Below are positions 35,090 to 40,117 of a stretch of 40,117 nucleotides of DNA, one piece after another. The notes under the pieces were generated by a model, which was given only the letters and a program-made list of their open reading frames with translations, did no database searches and was not told the DNA's origin. This DNA is from Anaerolineae bacterium. Lineage in GTDB: Bacteria; Chloroflexota; Anaerolineae; E26-bin7. The DNA is taken from NCBI GenBank assembly GCA_029933115.1, contig JAOZOT010000001.1, positions 1-40,117 on the forward strand, given 5' to 3'. Each line of letters opens with the position of its first letter. Position 1 is the first letter of the stretch. The translations under genes and the position numbers were made by a program.

Positions 35090-37117
35090 GTGAGAGTGCG
35101 TAACCGGCATTTCCTGATCCTCGACGTTCTGATCCTGAGCCTGCTACCGGCTCTGGCCCTCAGCCTGCGCCTGGACGGTTGGAGTTGGTGGCCACGCTAT
35201 GCTTCAGGGCTGGCGCTTTTCACTGCCCTGAGCCTGGTAATCAAGTTGGCTGCCATCTACAGTTTTGACCTCTACACCCGCTACTGGCCCTGTGCCACCA
35301 TGGACGACCTGGTCCAGATTGTGATCGCTGTGGCCGTGAGTACTGTGGTGACGGCAGCCTTGTGCACCATGACCCATCCCACTCTGGCTATCTACGGCGC
35401 AGCCCTGCCTCGCTCGGTCCCCCTCATTGATGGGCTGCTGACTTTGATTGCCGTGGGTGGGCTGCGGTCCAGTGCCCGGATCCTGGCTTGTCGAAACCAC
35501 CGGCGGATCGAGCAGGCCCTCGGCCAACGAGCTCGCCCTGAGCAGGGCCGGAGAGTGCTGGTGATGGGAGCCGGTGAAGCCGGGCGCTTGATTGTGCGCG
35601 AGATGTTCACCAACCCCCAACTGAGACTGGAGCCCGTAGGCTTTGTGGACGACGACCCAAACAAGCTGGGAACGCGCATCCACGGCCTGCCGGTGCTAGG
35701 GACCCGAGAGGACATCCCTGCCCTGGTGAGAGAGCACGGAGTCCAGCAGGTGATCATCGCCATGCCCAGAGCCCCGGGCACAGTGGTCCGCCGGGTGCGG
35801 GCCATCTGCGAAGGAGCCGGTGTGACGGCGCGGACTATCCCCGGCCTCTACGAGATCCTGTCAGGCCGGGTGAAGGTGAGCCAGATCCGCGATGTGACCA
35901 TTGAGGACTTGTTGCGGCGCGAGCCGGTAGTGATTGACCAGGCAGAGGTAGACGCCTATCTGCGCGAGACCACGGTCCTGGTGACGGGAGCTGGGGGCTC
36001 CATTGGCTCAGAGTTGTGCCGACAGATCGCCGCTCACAGTCCGCAACGGCTGATTCTCCTGGGGCATGGCGAGCATAGCATCTTTACCATCCAGATGGAG
36101 TTGCGCCAGGCCTTCCCCGCCCTGACCCTACACAGTGTCATCGCCGACGTGCGCGACGAGGCACGCCTCAACCGGGTCATGGACACCTACCGCCCCACGG
36201 TGGTGTTTCACGCTGCTGCCCACAAGCACGTGCCTCTCATGGAAGCCAACGTGGCAGAAGCCATCACCAACAATGTGCTGGGCACCAAAAGGTTGATCCA
36301 GGCGGCCGAACGCTGTGAGGTGCGCCGTTTTGTGCTCATCTCCACCGACAAAGCCGTCAACCCGGTGAGTGTCATGGGAGCCTGCAAGCGCATCGGCGAG
36401 ATGCTGGTGCAAGAAGCGGCCCGACGGAATGGCAGCATCTTTGTAGCCGTGCGCTTTGGCAACGTGTTGGGCAGCCGAGGCAGCGTGGTAGACGTATTTC
36501 GGCGCCAGATCACCGCCGGGGGGCCGTTGACGGTGACCCACCCCGAGATGCGCCGTTATTTCATGACCATCCCCGAGGCAGTCCAGTTGGTGTTACAGGC
36601 AGCGGCGCTGGGCCAGGGCGGTGAGATCTTTGTGTTGGACATGGGAGAGCCGGTGCGCATCGTGGACCTGGCCCGTGATTTGATCGAACTATCGGGGCTG
36701 ATACCGGGGTGTGAGGTCGGGATCACCTTCTGCGGAGCCCGGCCCGGCGAGAAGATGTGCGAGGAGCTATTCAGCCAGGAGGAGAACTGCACCCCCACCA
36801 GACATTCCAAGATTCTCGTGGTCAGGCGCGCCCCGGCCATTGCCGGGGAAAAGCTGCAACAGGCTATACGCGAGCTAGAGTGGCTGGTAGAAAGGGCAGG
36901 GGAGGACATCCTCCGGGCCAAGCTCCAAGAGATCGTGCCGGAATATCGGCCGATGGAGACGGTGAGAGAGGGCGCTCTCCAGGCTGGGCTCTCGGAGACT
37001 GTGCTCAGGTATCGGCCGGCGGGTCCTCGCGCTCTGTCAACTCTCCAGGCACTGCCTCGGCACCTGTCCTCACCTCGTCTTCACGACCGGCTACCGTCAC
37101 TTGGTGCTGAACGGTGA
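35090..37117 (+). CDS. Membrane-anchored CapD/PglF/WbpM-type nucleotide-sugar 4,6-dehydratase
   Basis: The N-terminus has hydrophobic helices. 'VLVTGAGGSIGSELCRQI' and 'FVLISTDKAVNPVSVMGACKRIGE' follow. A GTG start (35090 or 35096) lies behind 'ggagagagaa'. Confidence 0.9.
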   Translation: MRVRNRHFLILDVLILSLLPALALSLRLDGWSWWPRYASGLALFTALSLVIKLAAIYSFDLYTRYWPCATMDDLVQIVIAVAVSTVVTAALCTMTHPTLAIYGAALPRSVPLIDGLLTLIAVGGLRSSARILACRNHRRIEQALGQRARPEQGRRVLVMGAGEAGRLIVREMFTNPQLRLEPVGFVDDDPNKLGTRIHGLPVLGTREDIPALVREHGVQQVIIAMPRAPGTVVRRVRAICEGAGVTARTIPGLYEILSGRVKVSQIRDVTIEDLLRREPVVIDQAEVDAYLRETTVLVTGAGGSIGSELCRQIAAHSPQRLILLGHGEHSIFTIQMELRQAFPALTLHSVIADVRDEARLNRVMDTYRPTVVFHAAAHKHVPLMEANVAEAITNNVLGTKRLIQAAERCEVRRFVLISTDKAVNPVSVMGACKRIGEMLVQEAARRNGSIFVAVRFGNVLGSRGSVVDVFRRQITAGGPLTVTHPEMRRYFMTIPEAVQLVLQAAALGQGGEIFVLDMGEPVRIVDLARDLIELSGLIPGCEVGITFCGARPGEKMCEELFSQEENCTPTRHSKILVVRRAPAIAGEKLQQAIRELEWLVERAGEDILRAKLQEIVPEYRPMETVREGALQAGLSETVLRYRPAGPRALSTLQALPRHLSSPRLHDRLPSLGAER

Positions 37118-37150
37118 GGCGTAACGACGAGAAATAAAGGTAAAGTCGGG

Positions 37151-38467
37151 TTGAAAAGATTAGCCACCCGGATCACCCGGGTAGAGTTGTGGCTTCTGCT
37201 GCTCATCACACCATTGCTACTCTTCCCGAATCCCCTCACCCCTCTGGGGCTGGTCTTGTCCCTGACGCCCTGGCTAGGCCGCTGGGAGGTGAGAGGTCAC
37301 CTCACGGCGCGCACGCCGGCCGACTGGCCCATCGTGGTGATGATGCTGATGAGCATCGTCGGCCTGTATCCTTCTGTCAACCTTTCCCTGAGTCTGGTCA
37401 CATTGTGCCAGCTTGTGGCCGGGGTGGGGCTCTTCTACGGGGTGGTCAACTGGACCTGGTCTACCTGCCCCGAGTTCCACCGAAGAAGCCAAAGGCTATG
37501 GCCGGTTGCGTTTCTGCTGGTAGCTTTGGGCCTGGCTCTGGCCCTGGTTGCCCCACTGGGTATCAACTGGAGTCATACAAAACTTTTCTCCAGCCCAATC
37601 TACGACCACGTACCGTCCTTGTTGCAGCGTTATGAGACCATCAATGCCAACGTGCTGGCCGGAGCCCTGGCTTTGCTTGTCCCTGTCAGTATGGCTTTGC
37701 TCTTGTTCGCTCCTTTCTCCTTTTTATCCAGAGGGCAGGCCTGGTTGGCCCGGGCCGGCCTGTTCGCGGCCACGCTGGCTATGCTGGCCGTCGTCTTCCT
37801 GACTCAATCGCGGGGGGTCTACCTGGCCCTGGCTCTCGGCTTGTTGATCATGGTCCTGCTGTGCCGTTCAGAACTCTTGTGGGGCACGCCTCTCTTGCTC
37901 GTGGGAGCCGGAGTAGCCATCCGTCGTTTTGGTCTGTATCCTCTTCTAGAGGCCATATTGGTAACAGATTCTCTCAGTGGGTTGGAGACAAGGCGGCAAA
38001 TCTGGTCTGCGGCCCTGGCTATGATCGGCTATTTCCCTCTGACCGGCATCGGCCTGGGGACTTTTAACCAGACCCTGTCCGGCATGTATCCGTTTTCCGT
38101 CCAATATAGCCCCCAAACGAGCGTAAACCACGCCCACAATCTATTCTTGCAAGTGGGTATAGACCTGGGCGTGCCTGGGCTGTGCGCTTTTGCGACTCTG
38201 GTGGTCCTCAGTCTGCGGGCTGCCTGGCAGGTGTGGCGCTCCCGCACGGTGACAGGCCGGAAAGATACCGGCGCCCTGGGCCTGGGCCTTTTTACCAGCC
38301 TCATCGTCATGGCGTTGCACGGGGCGGTAGATGCCGTCACTTGGGGCACAAAGCCCTCGGTCATCCCCTGGCTGGTGATGGGCTTGAGTATGGCCGCTTG
38401 TAACCTGACAAAAGTGGACGTTCTCGACGCGGAGATTTCAATTGGTCACACCAAGACAAAACCCTGA
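37151..38467 (+). CDS. Wzy_C-family membrane protein (O-antigen ligase / polymerase / O-oligosaccharyltransferase family), copy 2
   Basis: The protein is polytopic. 'SVNHAHNLFLQVGIDLGVPGLCAF' is the Wzy_C motif. It starts at TTG; the next in-frame ATG would remove the first helices. Confidence 0.7.
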   Translation: MKRLATRITRVELWLLLLITPLLLFPNPLTPLGLVLSLTPWLGRWEVRGHLTARTPADWPIVVMMLMSIVGLYPSVNLSLSLVTLCQLVAGVGLFYGVVNWTWSTCPEFHRRSQRLWPVAFLLVALGLALALVAPLGINWSHTKLFSSPIYDHVPSLLQRYETINANVLAGALALLVPVSMALLLFAPFSFLSRGQAWLARAGLFAATLAMLAVVFLTQSRGVYLALALGLLIMVLLCRSELLWGTPLLLVGAGVAIRRFGLYPLLEAILVTDSLSGLETRRQIWSAALAMIGYFPLTGIGLGTFNQTLSGMYPFSVQYSPQTSVNHAHNLFLQVGIDLGVPGLCAFATLVVLSLRAAWQVWRSRTVTGRKDTGALGLGLFTSLIVMALHGAVDAVTWGTKPSVIPWLVMGLSMAACNLTKVDVLDAEISIGHTKTKP

Positions 38468-40117
38468 AGGTCAGACGGGCTCATCACGGCCGCCCGTCGA
38501 AGGGTTCTGCCCTCACCTGGGCCTGGAAGAAGATAAGGCTTCACACTTTTCGTATTCCGAGAGCGCCCATCGCTGCTTCGCTGCCGGGTCGCCTGAAACC
38601 GTCGAATTGGAGCACCAGGAGAAATTCTGCCTGGGAGGGGAGTATCGGTTCTGTACACGTTTCGTCGAGACTCCTGCCCCGGTGAGACGGCCCGATAAGG
38701 CGAAGGCGATGCCCGCTGAAGAGGCCGGTGATTACCGATACGGCCGTCGAGGGCTCTCCAGGGGATTCGTTGTTCCGCTGCGGGTCACCCTGTGGGCCCT
38801 GACCGGGGTGCTGACCGTTTTGGCCCTCTTGTATCTGGGTTTCTCCCTCGTCAATGCGCCTTCGGCCCCTGGCGACGCCGAGGGCTTCGGTCACACCGAA
38901 GGGCCTGCCCTGAGCGCGGCCGCAGAAGCTTCACCGCCAGAGCCGGGAGCCATTGCCGGGGCACTCACCCCTACGCCGTTGCAGTTCGACCGCCCCACGC
39001 CGATCCCTACCCCACCGCCAGGCGGTAACATATTTATCCTGACGCCGGCCGCCAGGGCGGTGGGTTGGGTAGCCAGCCCCGGGCCAGGCGAAGAGGAAAA
39101 CAACCACTTTGGTGACTCTTACCTGCACGCCGGGGTATACGGAGGGTTGGTGTATCATGGAGCCATACAATTCGATCTATCGTCGGTCATCACCCCCGGC
39201 ACCCCCATCTACTTTGCCGCTCTCCAGGTGACCGGCCTGAGCCGAGAGCGCCTGGGCACCGGCGGCCGTTGGGAACTGCAATTGCTCGGCCTGGAAATGG
39301 ACCCCGACTGGTCTTCCCACACTTTCCAGGACGTCCACAACGCCAGAATTGATGAGACTATTCCCCCGGCTTTGGAGAACGGCGACCTGGACAAAAACAA
39401 GACCAACGTTTTCACTTTCAGCGCCGGGCAGTTGATTGTCCTGGAAAAACGGGTGTACGACAGTGGCCTGGTCTCCTTCCGCCTGGATGGCCCTTCTTCG
39501 GGTGAGAATAACCTTTTCACCTGGGATAGCGGCTATGGCCCCGGCAGCCTGGGCCATAAGCCACTGCTGATCATCGGCGTAGGCCCCCCACCATTGACGC
39601 CGGTACCGACGCGCACTCCTTTCCTGGTGGTAATCACCAGCACGCCCACGCCGTCGAATGCGTTGGTGGCCGCAGCCCAGGCGGCCACTGCGGTCTTCCG
39701 GGCTACCGCGACCGGCACGCCGACCCCCTTGCCTACCAATTGGGTCACGCCCATCGTGGTCACCAGCACGCCCACGCCGGAGAACGAAGCCACGGCCACC
39801 TACATCGCAGCCCGGGCTACCGTTGAAGCCTTCACCACCGGTACGGCCACCCCCACGCCGCCGCATCAGTTCACGGCTACGCCCACGCCCACCTGGGTCG
39901 TGGTGACCAGCACGCCTACGCCGGAGAATGTACTCACGGCCGTGGCCATGCTAGCCCCGCTCAACGCCCGGACCACGGGCAACATACAGCTCGCTGCTAC
40001 GCCCCTCCCATCCAACTGGGTCACGCCCATCGTGGTCACCAGCACGCCCACGCCGGAGAACAAAGCCACGGCCACCTACATCGCAGCCCGGGCTACCGTC
40101 GAGGCCTTCACCACCGG
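38442..40117 (+). CDS. Partial CDS (3' end beyond the window): Cys/His-rich N-terminus, one TM helix, unknown ectodomain, Thr/Pro-rich tandem repeats
   Basis: I checked codon by codon and this frame has no stop from 38409 to 40117. It is not in the ORF track because it has no stop. The proposed TTG 38442 lies 7 nt after GGAG; ATG 38709 is the alternative start. The N-terminus reads 'CPHLGLEEDKASHFSYSESAHRCF..HQEKFCLGGEYRFCTRF'. The TM helix is 'LRVTLWALTGVLTVLALLYLGFSLV'. Confidence 0.65.
   Translation, partial: MVTPRQNPEGQTGSSRPPVEGFCPHLGLEEDKASHFSYSESAHRCFAAGSPETVELEHQEKFCLGGEYRFCTRFVETPAPVRRPDKAKAMPAEEAGDYRYGRRGLSRGFVVPLRVTLWALTGVLTVLALLYLGFSLVNAPSAPGDAEGFGHTEGPALSAAAEASPPEPGAIAGALTPTPLQFDRPTPIPTPPPGGNIFILTPAARAVGWVASPGPGEEENNHFGDSYLHAGVYGGLVYHGAIQFDLSSVITPGTPIYFAALQVTGLSRERLGTGGRWELQLLGLEMDPDWSSHTFQDVHNARIDETIPPALENGDLDKNKTNVFTFSAGQLIVLEKRVYDSGLVSFRLDGPSSGENNLFTWDSGYGPGSLGHKPLLIIGVGPPPLTPVPTRTPFLVVITSTPTPSNALVAAAQAATAVFRATATGTPTPLPTNWVTPIVVTSTPTPENEATATYIAARATVEAFTTGTATPTPPHQFTATPTPTWVVVTSTPTPENVLTAVAMLAPLNARTTGNIQLAATPLPSNWVTPIVVTSTPTPENKATATYIAARATVEAFTT
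39615..40117 (+). repeat. In-frame tandem coding repeats (42-48 codon units, at least 4 copies)
   Basis: The core 'accagcacgcc(c/t)acgccg' (TSTPTP) recurs at 39636, 39762, 39906 and 40038. The 106-nt stretches 39736-39841 and 40012-40117 differ at 4 positions. Confidence 0.85.

Noticed and set aside
39177-40075. Minus-strand ORFs of 229 aa and 69 aa, and a plus-strand 82-aa ORF, over the window end.
   Set aside because: They are antisense to or out of frame with the long open frame 38409-40117. That frame has a coherent TM helix, ectodomain and repeat architecture, and its near-identical repeat units differ almost entirely by synonymous changes.
39615-40117. Regularly spaced repeats that could be mistaken for a CRISPR array.
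   Set aside because: The units are 126-144 bp, have variable length, are in frame and coding (TSTPTPEN...), lack short conserved palindromic repeats and unique spacers, and have no cas genes nearby.

Overview
This window is a roughly 40-kb glycan-biosynthesis supercluster, almost entirely on the plus strand, from a GC-rich bacterium. My guess at a Chloroflexota-like filamentous lineage rests only on the TP-rich linkers, the GC-rich mini-repeats and the GT2 leader '[24 protein letters not shown]'. I can support about 37 CDS. They comprise 7 GT4-type and 3 GT2-type glycosyltransferases, a sulfotransferase, 3 SAM methyltransferases (one FkbM-type), and CE4 and PIG-L deacetylases. There are also 2 GNAT-like acyltransferases, an AsnB-type amidotransferase, a NodU/CmcH carbamoyltransferase, a Tmk-like and an APH-like kinase, an extended-SDR epimerase, an NTP_transf_5 protein and a small phosphoglycosyl transferase. 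A high-GC bacillosamine-type block follows (ATP-grasp, HAD, DegT aminotransferase, CapD/PglF dehydratase), and there are two Wzy_C-family membrane proteins. Many neighbouring genes overlap by 1-35 nt, which fits long operons. I saw no rRNA, tRNA, CRISPR array, transposase or integrase. Four things go beyond plain annotation. (1) At 2.17-5.43 kb, the only minus-strand genes (an archaeal-type ATPase with wHTH and a DUF234 nuclease-like tail, plus vapBC) form an insert. It is bracketed by three diverged copies of one GT2 gene start, contains gene stubs and GC-rich mini-repeats, and carries its own near-consensus promoters with palindromic operators. (2) From 22.6 to 31.9 kb, low-GC and high-GC blocks alternate, ending at 31926/31927 where a PIG-L stop codon abuts a 5'-truncated sugar-transferase remnant. 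(3) The distal block resembles a PglB2-type pathway with an ATP-grasp in place of the acetyltransferase. (4) After the second Wzy_C gene there is an open frame of more than 1.6 kb that runs off the window and is therefore absent from the ORF track. It encodes a Cys/His-rich N-terminus, one TM helix, an unknown ectodomain and Thr/Pro-rich tandem repeats, and is a candidate glycosylation acceptor. All GC statements are by eye, not computed.
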